Assembly: GCA_965112735.1 (NCBI GenBank)
Contig: OZ218953.1
Span: 4,650,001 to 4,714,000 of the forward strand
Reading direction: 5' to 3'
Source: Phaeosaccion multiseriatum
Lineage: Eukaryota > Protista > Ochrophyta, other classes
Length of the DNA: 64,000 bases
Shown: piece after piece, positions 24,711 through 37,495 of the stretch
How the letters are laid out: every line of letters starts with the position of its first letter
Position numbering within the stretch: the first letter of the stretch is position 1
Position numbers and translations under genes: made by a program
Notes under the pieces: model-generated
What the model was told of the DNA's origin: nothing
Database searches by the model: none
What the model saw: the letters and a program-made list of their open reading frames with translations, nothing else

Positions 24711-25308
24711 ACGTCGTCGTCAAGTACACGTAGGACATACTGGACCAACGGCGAAGGGCCCCCCTCCTCTCCCTCTCTCCCTCGCCCCTGCCCCTTCCTT
24801 TTGGCTCTTGTTAGGGCCTTTTGTGGGAGTCCCCCGTTTGGGGCTCTGTCTCTGCTCGCGCTGGTGAAAACAAACATAAGCGGCGTCTCCTCTCTCTCTC
24901 TCTCTCTCTCTCTTCGGAGCCCCCCCCGCCACTCCGTCTGACGCTCTCTCACTATCTCCCTCATCCCCCCCCCCCCCCCCAAGCCCCTCACCTGTTGAAT
25001 ACACTGCAACTTGAACCCAGTAAAAATCACTTTCCAACAAGACATAAAAACTGTGTGCCCTGTGCCCTGCCCTTCCTTCCTCAGTTGGACAATCGCACAA
25101 AAGCAGCGAGGCCCCCTGGCTTACAATGTCCTCCCCTCCTAAGAGCAGCGCCGCGGACGTTACAAAGCCCTCCCCTCCTGTCTGGGCCGGGGATGGCGAG
25201 GGACGCGCCATGATCTCGATGGAAGAAACAAAGTCGAGGTAGACAAACGTCGAGGCAGGGACGAATGTCGAGGCACCAGCAGCAACACAAGTAACCGTAG
25301 TCGCTACC

Positions 25309-25352
<44 letters not shown>

Positions 25353-25368
25353 TAGCAGCAGAAGCGCG

Positions 25369-28300
25369 CTAGCTCTTGTTGTTACCCCCGCTATGCCCCG
25401 GTGTGGAGGAGGGGTCGTCCAGCACCTTCCCCTCGAGAAGCAGCTGCTGCGAGTCCCTCTTCTCATACGCCTCCGTGCCATCCATCACCACCCCCTCCGC
25501 GATGCGATGCAATGTTCTCCCCGCAAGACGACGTGCAAACTTCTTGCCAATCGTGCCTGCTCCTGGCGCCATCAAGGGAAGCACGGGTCTCAGTCGCCTG
25601 GCTCCTCGCAGCACGTCGCCTGGGCTCGACATGACGGACGACAAGATGCCTCGATTGGCCACAAACTCATCCTCCACTTCGTCTGCGATGAGCGCGAGTC
25701 TAGCCTCGTGCGCGGTGGCGCCCTTGGTCAAGGGGTTGGCGGGCCCTGAGTCAGAGGCATTCATGAGTATCTTGAGGAGGCGTCGCAGCGCACGAAGGGC
25801 CTCCTTGTCCTCGTTGTTGAGCGCCATGGTCTTCTCGTAGGTAGACACCATGCGATACACCATCATAAAGGGCAACTGAAGCGGCAACATCAGAAGGTTC
25901 GGAGGGCGGTCCGCGCTGGGGCGAAGAGACAGCATGGGGATGGGCGGGTCAGCGATGCGGTCCGTCACCTTGCGCATGGCATGCGCAATCTCCAGATTGA
26001 GTTCCCTGCCCAAAGCGTCCGTCATCCTTGCCATCTCCTCCACAACAAGGTCTTGCACATAGTTGCCCTCCTTGGCGAACAAGAGCTTGATGGCTTCAGC
26101 CGCCACCGGGTCCGCCGTGGGGTCGAAAGCAGCAGACATGGACACCCCAGGACGAGGCAGGAAGCCGCGCAGACGAGACCTGATCCCAGCTCGGGTACCA
26201 GCCCCCGCTGCAGTCAAGTCTGATGGGCGGTTGTTGTTCCCACCGCTGTGGTTCAGGCCCTGCTGTGAGTCGCTGCTGCTACCGCTGCTTCGACCGGCGA
26301 AGGCCTCTGATTCGAAGGTGTCCATCATGAGAATGTTGCCGTCCTTGCGCGAGGCCTCTGCTGCCAGCGCGGTAAAGGCTCTGTATCCCTCGATAATTTC
26401 GTCAAGCTGATCCACATGCAGCACATCTCCCTCCGAGCCGTAGAGAAAGGCCTTGAGCATCGATCGCATTCGCGGCGAGTCCTCCGTGAGCAACCGCCGG
26501 CACATGTACGGGAAGCATTCCTTAACGATGGAGTACGACGGGTCCATGGCCAGTCCGAGCCCCTCCAGCGAGCCGAAGGCCCGGATGATGAGCCCAAAGT
26601 AGGGCGGGATAGCAATGGGGTAGTTGCGCGCCAAGTCTTGTACCTCCTCTCCGACGGACTCAATGGTGATGGTCTGTGCCCCTCCACCCTCGCTGAGTTG
26701 CTCCAGCACGGTGGCGAGGAGTGGCACCACCAGCGCCACCTTGTCCTCGTCCTCGGCAATCTCCTTGGGCACGAACTCGAGGGTGACGAGGTCCTGCAGC
26801 GTAGCGTGATAGTCCTTGGCGATGAGGTGAATCACGTACTCGAGGAGAGCGTAGCGCTGGTCTTCCGTCACCTCACATACCAAGCCGTAGTCGAGCACGG
26901 CGAGGCGGCCGTCTTTCGTCACCAGGAAGTTTCCATAATGCGGGTCTGAGAGGGGTGGAAGGGGTTGATGGTGGGCGGCGAATGCGTAGGCAGGTGAGGT
27001 AGGGAAGAAGAAGTAGGAAGGTAGGGATGGAAGGAAGGAGATCATCGTCACCAGTGAGAGGGAGCGACGAACAAGAAAGAAGCCTGCCTGTCCAGCCTGT
27101 CCACTCATCCACATAAGATCCACAAGTGTAGGCTGCCTCTGCCACTCATTTGGCAACTTATTCACGGGACGAGGCCTTCCACCATGCGCCCACAAGTGGA
27201 GACAGACCATCCCCAACGGCACGGCGCTGCAGGTGAGGGCAATTAGATGAGCGTCAAGAGCGGGTGCTCCCGCACGGTCTCTTACGCTCGTCGTCCCTCC
27301 TTTCCCCTCCCCTCCCCTCCCCTCCCCTCACCTTCCCTTCCCTCCCCCCCCCTCCCCTCCCCTCCCCTCCCCTCCCCTCTCCTCACCGGCATGAAGGAAG
27401 CCGTTCTCCAGCAGCTGTGTGAGGTAGCTGTTGAGCAGAGTGGCCTGAATGGTTGCCATCCTGGCCTTGCCGAGGGGCGACTCAGTCTCAAGGTTGGACA
27501 CCTTCACCCCATCCACCCACTCCATCGACAGTACATAACGTGTGGTCATGCTGCCGTACACCTGCAGTCAGAGGGAGCGACGAAGGTGGTGTGTGTGGGG
27601 GGGTGAAGACGAGGCGAAGGAAAAAGGGTGAGAATGACGGCCTTGCTTGGAATCCTCTCGCACGGTGCCTCGCCCCAATCTCCCACACACTCACTCACTC
27701 ACTGTCTACCACCCCCTGTAAGCAGCTAGCTGCTACTCCCCCCCCCCCCCCCACCCCCCTGCGGGACTCTGTCACCCTCCCCATCCCACGCAACACCACA
27801 CTCCTTCTGGGGCCAACCCTGGGACCTCTGCTCGTGCTCCTCCTCCTCCTCCTCCTCCTCCTCCTCCTCCTCCTCCTCCTCCTCCTCCTCCTCCTCCTCC
27901 TCCTCCTCCTCCTCCTCCTCCTCCTCCTCCTCCTCTTCCTCCCTCCTCCGTTCTTACCCCAGGCACGATGATGGCTTCGCCCAAAGCCTCGCTCTTGCTC
28001 AGATCACTGGCAAAGCGAGCAGCGTTGCGCGCCTCCTGCATGTAGTCAAGCTCATCCATGAACCGCACGGCCCACGAGTCAATCATGGCTCGGAAACCAA
28101 GCGCGGCGTCACGCACAAAGCCCACATTGGAGATAATGTTGAGGATGATGCGCATGACAAATAAGTCACGTGTAACCGTAAAGAGCACCCCGGGTCGCTG
28201 CACCTTGACGGCAACGGACTCCCCCGTGGATTTGAGTGTGGCTCTGTACACCTGCCCCAGGGAGGCGGCGGCAATAGGCTTGTCGAACACCGATACATCG

Positions 28301-29598
28301 GCATATACATTCTCCAGTTTGTCCCCGAGCTCCCTCTCCAAGATGATCCTCGCCTCCCGAGCGGAGAAGGGCGGCACCTCATCTTGCAGCTTGCCCATCT
28401 CGATAATGTATGGTTGAGGCAGAATGTCGGGCCGCAGACTGGCGCCCTGCCCTACTTTAATAAAGGCCGGGCCATTCTGCGCCGTGAGGATTCGCATCTG
28501 CTCGGCGCGCTGGGGCATGTTCTCAATCCATTTCTCGCTGACAATGTCCACGAGAAGGGAGATGACGAAGGAGATGAGCATGTAGCTCACTTCGCTAGTG
28601 CGAGTCAACACAATGAGAGGGTGGCGGGAGTAAAACTCGCCCAACGCGTCCAAGTCGTAGTCGCGGGGCAGGTTCTCCATGTCCTGCTTAAGGCACTCGT
28701 CGTTGAAGAAGCCCGTCAGCGTCTGCATGACAGTGAAGGTGCCGAGCACCGCCAAGAGCCCCACGGCCATTTGCGCCATCTCCGCAGGGAGTCCAATCGC
28801 GGTGAAGAAGCCTTCCGCCATGTGCAGGGCGGGGCGCAGCAAGTCCTCGGCGACCTTGGCCACATTCTCCGTGGTTTCCAGCATGGCGTGAGTGACGGGG
28901 TTGGCGGCAAGCGCGTCTGTCACCATGTGGCCCATGCGCTCCGCAACGGTCGAGATGTGCCCCGTAACGGTTTGGTCGGCCATCTGCCCCAGTAGCTGAA
29001 GTTGCTCGTGGTTGAGCACGCTCAGCAGGACGGGCGAGGCGTCGCCGGTCATGCCCTGATAGCCGTCCACGTAGGCTGCCATCCTTTGCCCCACCTCGTC
29101 GGTCATGTCGAAGCCCATGCCCAAGCCCCCCTCCGCCAGGCCCATGGAGAGCGCGGAGGAAGAAGTACCCCTGCTGCCGTCTTTGCGGCTCCTGCTTCTA
29201 CTGCCTCCCATGCCATTTCTTCCAATTCTGCAATTTAGGCATCGTTTCACAGCACTAGAGCTTACCGAACCCCCACCAGCGCCAGTACTGCTCCCGCTCC
29301 TGGTACCCCAACCACTAGTCTTGCCCTTGTCTCCCCCCGTCGCCCACGCTGCATTGCTGCTGCCCGCGCGGGTGTGCAGTGCCGGAGCCACGAGCGGTTC
29401 TACAAGGAACCCCCTGCCCTGTTGAGCTAGCGCCCCGAGGGCCGCGGCGAACAGGGATGTTTTGGCCACCTTACGCCATGGGCCGGACGCCGCGGCCCGT
29501 GGCGCTTCTGTGGAGGAGTGGAACTTGGCTCCCTGACTTGGCCCCTGCTGCTGCGGCTGCCGCCGCGGCCGCTGCGGCTGGTGCTGCCCTACAGCCAT
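25369..29598 (-). CDS. ABC1/UbiB atypical kinase (ABC1K), probably plastid-targeted; exons ~29598-27958, 27561-27387, 26946-25369
   Basis: GPAFIKVGQ, PIAAASLGQVY, VAVKVQRP, ELDYMQEA, MEWVDG, GFLHA|DPHYGN, LDYGL, PPYFGLIIRAF; signal ending GRG-FL. Confidence 0.93.
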
Positions 29599-30046
29599 GG
29601 TAGCGCCCGAAGCCAGCAGCACGGGTGGGAAGAGACGGTGGATCAGATCACACGCAGATCTCGTCCCCGCTGAAACTCGTTCTGAGGTGGATGACAAGAA
29701 ACAAGTGCAAGGGCGCCGCACTTTCCTTGGAAGTTCCTCTCCTTCCTCCTCCTAATACACCGTGCCACTTTACTGATTTGCTGTTGCTCAGCTGCGCAGG
29801 CTTTGGCTCCACCTGCACGGTCGTTATCCACAAAAAAAAAAAAAAAAAAAAAGGGTGGTGAAATGAAGCGTTTCATGTTTCATGGTTTCACCCTCTACCT
29901 CGACTTTGAAAATAGAACTCCATTTTGGCCTCTCCTCTATTTTTTTTTCTTTTCCCCTTCTTACAATCATCCACCCTCCACCTCCAGCTTCATACAGACC
30001 TCTGCCTCTCTCTCTACTTCACTCTCCATCCTTCTTTCTTCTCAAG

Positions 30047-30947
30047 ATGGCGAACATCGCGCGGGTGGTGAGGTTAAACGTGGGGGCAGGGGTGGCCAAA
30101 CCCGGTCCGGCGATTGGCCAAGCCCTGGGCCCTCTGGGGCTCAATATGATGGAGTTCTGCAAGGCCTTTAACAGCAAAACAAGTGAGATGATACCGAGCA
30201 CACCAATTCCGGTGCTGCTGACCGCCTACAACGACAGGTGAGGCTATTGGCAGAGAGGCACTCCCTGATCTGCACCATCAATCCAGCTCATGCCACAAAA
30301 CTCCATTCCCTTCTTTGCCGAGCAGGACTTTCACTTTCGAAGTTCGCACCCCTCCGACGACTCACCTCCTGATGAAGTGCGCGGGTATCGAGAAAGGTAG
30401 CGAAAACCCGGGTGGCGAGTATGTTGGCGAGGTACGTGCTTCTCCTCTCCAACCCTCTCTCAAAAGGTGGCACCAGCGAGTGTACATTCGTGGGTCGACC
30501 ACCGTCGTGCCGCATCCCTCAGTAGCTTCCTTCCTTTTCCACTTACCCTGCTGTCGTCTCGTGCTGTCGTCGTGCTGCCGTAGGTGAGTGTGAAGGCCTG
30601 CTACGAGATTGCCAAGATGAAGCAGACGGAATCGCACCTCACCTACATTGACCTCAGGAGCCTCACCCGCTCAGTGGTGGGTACAGCGGCCTCCATCGGG
30701 GTCAAGGTGAGGCACAGGAGGCTAGAGATGCTAACTAGGGGGCAAGAGTGGGAGGAGAAGGGGTTGGGTTGGGCTGCTGAGACGGGTTGGCACGTGATGA
30801 AAGCAAGAAGCTAAGCTCTCCTTGCGTTGCGTCGCCCCCGCCCACCCCATGGGACAGGTCATCCATGACGTCAAGAAGAAGGAGGCACCAACCGAAGCAG
30901 CAGCCCCCACCCCAGCGGAAGAGGAAGAGCCTGATGCGATGCTGTAG
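30047..30947 (+). CDS. MRPL11: Mitochondrial ribosomal protein uL11, 4 exons
   Basis: AKPGPAIGQALGPLGLNMMEFCKAFN, R|TFTFEVRTPPTT, YEIAKMKQ, SVVGTAASIGVKV; no plastid presequence. Confidence 0.93.
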
Positions 30948-31080
30948 TTCCAATAATGGAGTCGTCAGACAGACACGTGGATCGGCCTTGGCTGCGGGTA
31001 CTACCGCCCGAGGAGGGAGTTCGATGCTTCCCGTCAGCACGCTATCCCTCTATCTCCCTCTCCGCCTTTCTCTCTCTCTT

Positions 31081-31112
<32 letters not shown>

Positions 31113-31973
31113 CCCTCTCTCCCACTTGGTGGTGCACTGTGTGAGGGAGAGCCAGCACGATGGATTGCTTGAGGCGGACGTCGTGATATTCTCAGAGGAT
31201 CGGCCGAGGGAAGCTCTCAACCCTCAGCAACCAACCGCGGAGCTGTAAGACGGGGCGAGCCGAGTAGCCGAGGCCGAGGTTTGCTCCTTCCTGCTGGCTA
31301 TGGCCTGATTCCTGGCTGGTGGTCGCTGCGCCGGCCTGGCCCCGAGAAAAAAGAGGGTGTGTGTATCTACCCTGCTACGCTCGGAAGGAAGTGCTCAGAG
31401 GATTTGGAGAGCGCCCCGGAGCGCCTGGAGAAAGGGAACGGGGAAGGGGAAGCCGACTGGGACAAAGTGAACAGATGCGGTGAAGCCTCGCCCCTCAGTG
31501 GGAAACAGCGGGGGTGTGGGTTGGGCGCGACAAGTACGAGCTCGGAGATTGTTGGAGAGAGCCTGCAAGGAAGAGCTATGGGCCTGTTGGAGTGGAGAGA
31601 GGCCTGCCTATCTCCACCCAGTGAGGCTTCGGTACTTGGGGGAAGGGAGAGGGGGAGGGCCTATTGGACTTGTTTTTGGAAGACTTTCTTTCCTTTTTCC
31701 TCATTGCTGGTTACTGGGAAGGGTGTACCGCACCGATGCATCACTCCCTGTTCGTCACACTGCAGCTTTAAAGCTTCCCTTCCTGGGACATGATCGCTGA
31801 GGCCCTGTGCCGATTCATTCGGAAAGCCTGCTCTCCTCTTCTACATCGCACGGCTGTCTCGCCTCCACAGTCACTCATCAGTGGCTGTGGGGGGAGGATT
31901 GTGACTGAATTATAGGATTAATGGATTAATAACGCTCAGAAAGAGACCTCAACCGGACAAGCGGGGGGGGCTC

Positions 31974-33627
31974 TCAGTCTTTGTCATAGGCCTTGAGCCT
32001 CTTTCGCAGGGACAAGAGCATCTGTTGCGTTGTCGTTTCCAGAGGCAACCAAGCAGGGACAGGGAGAGGGAGAGAGAGGCCGGCGACAGACAGCGGAACA
32101 GGACCGGAGGGCGAGAGGGACGGGAGCGCGGTGAGCAACAAAGGAAGGAAAATAGAATCACTCACTCGGAGGGAGCAAATGATACTCACTGATAGAAGCT
32201 GAATGCTGCTGCCGTAGTGGCCGGCCGGCAGAAAATGATGTAGGTACATGGGCAAGAAATAAGGACACAGACAGAAAAGGGGAACACCAACCACGCCACT
32301 AACACACGCGCACACGCGCTCACCTTGTGCGTTGGCGAGTCAAGCTGTGTGGCGAACGCCTTGTTGTGATAGTGCAGACTCTCGTAGTAACGGTGTTGTC
32401 TCAGCAGGTCTGTGCGGGTGATGAGACCGAGCAAGTGATCGTTCTTGTCCACCACAGGCAAGCGGCCCTCCCCAGTCTATACTCGGCAGAGCGACAAAGC
32501 GGCAAAGGAAGGGCGAGGGTGTGGGTGTGGGTGTGGGGCGCGGGGCACGCGCGGGAAGAGGTGAGGAGGAGTTATGTAGGGGTACACTTTCGGAGTCAGC
32601 GAAAGTCAGGCAGTCATGCAGTCATGTAGTCAGGCAGTCAGGCAGTCAGGCAAGCAATCACTCACATCACCCAGGTCACTCTCTCATCACTCACACCACT
32701 CACATCACCTACACCACGCAGGACTACTCATGAACACCTACGTCATGCACACGACTCTTGAACACTACATATGTCACCCCAACACCAACACCACATCCCT
32801 TACACGTACGCCACTACACGACTTACGTCACCCCGACACCACATCCCTCACACCTACGTCATTCACCACGACTCTTGAATACTACTTACGTCACCCCAAC
32901 ACCAACACCCCTTACACTTACATCGATGAGGATTCGCTCGACGTCTTGCACTCGGAGGTCGCGTCGCACTTTATTCATGGGCCTGAGCGTCTGCATCCAG
33001 CCCTTGACCTTCTCGCTGCCCTTCTTCTGCTCGATGGCCTTGTTGACCTCCTTGTAGCTGATCATACCCACTACGGTGTTGGTCTCAACGTTGGTCACCA
33101 CGGGCATGCCGCGGATCTGTAAGTCCTTCAGAGACTGCGCCACCTTTGGGTGTGTGTGGGGAGGGGAGGGGAGGGGGAGAATTTGTGGAAATGTTGTTGC
33201 ATGGAGGGGGGCGGGGGAGGGGGGAGGGGGGAGGGTAGCCACCACCGGGTATAGCAAGGGGAAGAGGTTAATTAGTTAGATAGTTTGGAAGAGACTGGAG
33301 GTAAAGGAGACTCTCTCACCTCTGCCTACCCAACAAAAGGTAAGGGACTCTCTGAGCTAACCAAACACGAAACGCCATAGAGGCATGCTTAGGCGAGCAG
33401 GGCATTGGGGGGAAGGTGGCGGGCATTGTGGAAGAGTGCTGCCCACAAGACCGAGTAGAGAGCCAAACAGTGCCAAACACAAGTGCTACTTGATTTTATG
33501 GTTAAAACCCGCTTCAGGCACTTTTCCACCCCCCACATCCACCCCAACCCTCTTCCATTCAAAAGACAACCCCAAACCAACTCCTTAGACAATGACAAGA
33601 CGAAAAACCAGAACAACAACAAAAACG

Positions 33628-33687
<60 letters not shown>

Positions 33688-34041
33688 GCAAGGACAAAGA
33701 GGCCCGCACTGACTGACTGAATGACTGACTGACTGAGTGAGTGGGTCAGTAAGTGAGTGAGTGAGTGAGTGACTTCATCGTACAGCGTACCTTGAAAATG
33801 GTGTGGTTGGTGGTGCACGTCAAGACAGGGGACGTCATAATGTCCTCTGCGGTGATCTCGTCCTCCACCATGGCCATGACGCTCTCCACAACCTCCTTCA
33901 GCACCTCCTCCGGCAGCACTCGGTCCTCTGAGCTCACAGCCACACCCCCTGCCTCCACCACCTTCTTCTTGTATTGCTTCTTGCTCTCAGCGGGCTGGGG
34001 TACACTGTCCTTACTACTACTGCTGCTGCTACTACTGCTAA

Positions 34042-34086
<45 letters not shown>

Positions 34087-34199
34087 CGCCGCCGCTACCT
34101 CCCCCTCCTTCTGCTGCGTCTGCTGCTTTGCTACTACTTACACTTACTTCTCTGACCCCCCCACTGCCACTACTACTACCACTACTACTACTACTGCTG

Positions 34200-34240
<41 letters not shown>

Positions 34241-35445
34241 GTTACCACTACTACTACTAACACTGCTGCTGCTATTGCTAATTTCACTGAAACTCCATAC
34301 ACTGTGCGCCTCGGCATCCCTCAGGGCCTCAATCACGCGAGCGTCGTCCAAGCGAAAGGAGGCAGCACTAGCTTTCTTGTGCCCACCTCCCCCGTACGTG
34401 GCGCAAACCTTGTTGAGGTCCACAGCCTCGCTGACCCACGACTTTGCCCTTCCGATCAGGCACATATTCCTCGCCTCTTTCCCCTTGCGCTGTGCAAACA
34501 CTGTAGCGAGGACGAAAATGTCGGCGTTGGTGATGTCGAGGATGTTCTGGGCAACACGGGCCAGCCCGTTCACGTAACCGTCGCTGGTGTATCGTTGGTT
34601 TGTGGAGTTGGTGAAGAGGGAGAGAAGCAGCAGCAGCAGCACGAGCCGGGAGAGGGGGGGGGGCGAGAGAAGACAATGAGGAGGGGAACAGAGGAGGTCA
34701 CGAGATGAGGAATAAGACAAGTCTCCTGCAATGTCGTTGCGGAACCAAGGGGGTGCCTGCTACGCTTGACCTCTCTCTCCCGACAAGCACCCTCCACCCC
34801 CTCGAAGTATTATGGGACGCACACACAAAAACACGCTTCTCCCTCCTGTGCTCTCCTCCTCCTCCTCCTCCTCCTCCTCCTCCTCCTGCTGCTGCTGCTG
34901 CTGCCACCCACTGGGCGCCACTTACGTATGTATGAGAGCTGTGGCGATGGTGGCACCGTTGTGACTTGTCCGATTGAGGTTTCCAAAGGCGTCCGACATG
35001 CAGAGCTGCTGCTCGGGAGACAGCCCAGCGTGTCCGTACTCTGCGATGGCCGCCTGGCTCGCCCCACATCCCATCAGCCACGCCAATGCTGCTGCGTCAC
35101 GGCCGGTGGCGCTGTCGAAAGTAAGGCTACCGGTGTCGGAGTGTATCCCGAGGCAAAGCAGAGTGGCCTCCGCCTCGCCCACCTTCAAGCCGCTCTTCTG
35201 CAGCATCTCCGTGATGATGGTGGTCACGCTACCCACCTATCGTGACCATGAACAGCAACAGATTCACGATAGTGAGCGAGAGAGCGAGCGATGGAGTGGG
35301 CGAGCAAGGCAAGTAAGCATGCAAGGCACAGACGCAAGGACACAACACGCAAAGTCGAGGTGGGGCAAGGGGCTGTCTCAGAGCCTTGTTTGATGTTGTC
35401 CCAGAGAGGACATGCATTTCTCCAACGTGACGTGAGAGATCGCAG

Positions 35446-35480
<35 letters not shown>

Positions 35481-36295
35481 GTCTGTCTGTCTGCCTCCCT
35501 CTCCCTTTCCGTCTTTCTCTCTCTCTCTCCCCCTCCTTTCATCTCCCTCACCTTCTCTATGACCAGGTTGGTGGCCTCAATGTCGGTGGTCATTTCCACG
35601 TGGTGGTCGTACACGTGCACCTCCTCAGCCTCGGCCACAAGGTCTGCGGCAGGCCCCACGCGGTCCAACCGCTGAGCATCTACCAAGCCCACGCGCTTCA
35701 CGCTCCCTCTCCTAATCTCCTTTAAACCCTGGATTGGGTAAAGGTTCTTGTGCAGTGCCAAGAAGGCGTGCACGGTCGGATGCGCCCCCATCGGCAGGCA
35801 CACGTAAGCGGGAGTATCGGGATCCTCCTGCGCCCACAGCTTGGCCAATCCCACAGCTGCCGCCAACGAATCGAAATCTGCAGTGGTGTGGGTGAGTACC
35901 ACGTTCATGGTGTCGTTCACATAGCCGCCTCCCACCGTAATAGGCACGGCCGATCTTACTTCAGCAGCCTCCTTCGGTACCAGTCTTTGGACAGTCCGGT
36001 GCTGAGGCTCGGAAGGAATGGCGTAAAGAACCGTAGAGTCGTGCTGCCGCGCTCCGCCGTGCTCGCCACTCCTGCTACCCTGCTGCTGCCAACTCCTCCC
36101 ACCACCCCCTCCCTCCAACAGTAGCGCGGAGGGGACAAACGCCGCGCAGCTGTGTCCTCCGTGCTGCTGCGGAAGGAGGTAGCACAACAAAGCTAGGGCC
36201 GTGGACGCCGCAGCTGCCTTGCTCAGCGCTCTGCCCCTGCTCAAGGCCCTGCCCATGCTGCTGCCGTCGCGTTTCCTTATCCGCGCAGAGGCCAT
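31974..36295 (-). CDS. Plastid-targeted DHH-DHHA1 phosphoesterase with a CBS pair
   Basis: THTTADFDS, VDAQ, YDHH, LGIHSDTGSL, YGGGGHKKAS; CBS motifs AEDIMTSPV, GMPVV, GRLPVV and LLGLITRTDLL; signal ending CAA-FVP. Confidence 0.88.
33612..33687. repeat. (AAC)n microsatellite, intronic
   Basis: Direct reading. Confidence 0.9.
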
Positions 36296-36979
36296 GCCAA
36301 GCAGCAGGCGAGTCGTGGAGACCTCTTGGTTCTACGCGAGGCAAGGCAATGGCTTTAGAGTGGGACAAAGCCTCTGAGAAAGAGGGGGGAGAGAAAGAGA
36401 GAATGAAGGCGTGAAAACTGAAACTGATACGACAACCGAGCTCGAACGAGCGAAGGCGCGTGAGGTCGTGAGGCTATCCCTGCACCCTGTCAGCTACTTG
36501 CAAGAGAGTCCACTACTGGTCGCGCTGCGCGTACTGTCGAGAAAGGTCGTCGAAGCCACCTGGCAGAGTTAACGAAATGCGCCCCGTCGATGCGAAGGCG
36601 AACGTGGGTGCGTGCGTGCGTGCGCCCTGCGGCGCGGAAGCGCGGAAGGCGGCAATTGCAGCAAGGAAGGGCCCCTGAGCCGATATCCTGAGCCCCTCTG
36701 ACTCTCTGATCCTATGGCCAGCCAAACTTTGCTCTAGGCCTGAGGGCAATAGACGGTGGTCGGGCCTCGCTGGGCTGGGCCCAAGTAAACTACACCGCAG
36801 GCTGTGGTCCGCAGCACCACAGTCCATCAGACCTCGTCACGGGATCACGGCGCGGGTGCTCGTCAAAGAGTCGGAGCGAAGAGAGAAACGGTAGCCTGCA
36901 TTTGGTAGTACGTCCGCTGTTGGCTTTTCATGTGCGTGTGTTGAGTGTGTGTGTGAGAGACGGGGGGGGGGGGGGGGCT

Positions 36980-37143
36980 TCGGCCCCAGCCAGGCGAGGT
37001 TTCTCTGGCCCCCGATAAGCAGAAGCCAGAGGCGGCCTGCGACCATAAGCAGAAGCTAGAGGAGGCCTGCGGCCGAAAGCAAGAAGCCAGGAGGGGCCTA
37101 CGGGAAAGAAGAGAGAAGGCAGAGAAACTTCGCCTGGGGCCGA
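36980..37143. mobile_element. Shorter copy of the 15.7-kb MITE family
   Basis: Imperfect TIRs tcggcccca..ggcgaggtttctctg / cagagaaacttcgcctggggccga; shares internal cccgataagcagaagcc and ggcctgcggccgaaag with 15687-15964. Confidence 0.75.
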
Positions 37144-37495
37144 TTCGTTCGTCTGCTGTTTGTGTGTGTGTGTGTGTGTGTGTGCGTGTGGGTATGGGTG
37201 TGTGTGTATGTATGAATGTGCGTGTATGCGTGTGTATGTGTGGGTGAGATTGTGTGTATTTTCTCAGGTGTTGTTTGTGATGATGTGTCTTGCGTGTCGC
37301 GTGTGTGTGCGCGTGCGTGAGTGCGGGTGCTTTTTTCTTTCCTTGTCCTCCCCCCCCCCCCGGAGCCTAGAGAAGCCAGAAGCAGAGGCAGGGTAGAGGT
37401 TGAAGGAGCCTCCAGAAACAGACAACTTTACAATAACAAGGGCACCTGGCTGAAAGAAGAAGAAGAAGGAAGGAAAATAAATAGGGGATGTGTTT

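Noticed and set aside
11164-30947. EF-Tu and L11 near each other, like the bacterial tufB-rplK cluster
   Set aside because: About 15 kb apart, on opposite strands, intron-rich, with unrelated genes between; coincidence is sufficient.
30950-31950. ORF 31281..31793 and others between convergent genes
   Set aside because: Non-ATG start and no motifs; probably UTR.
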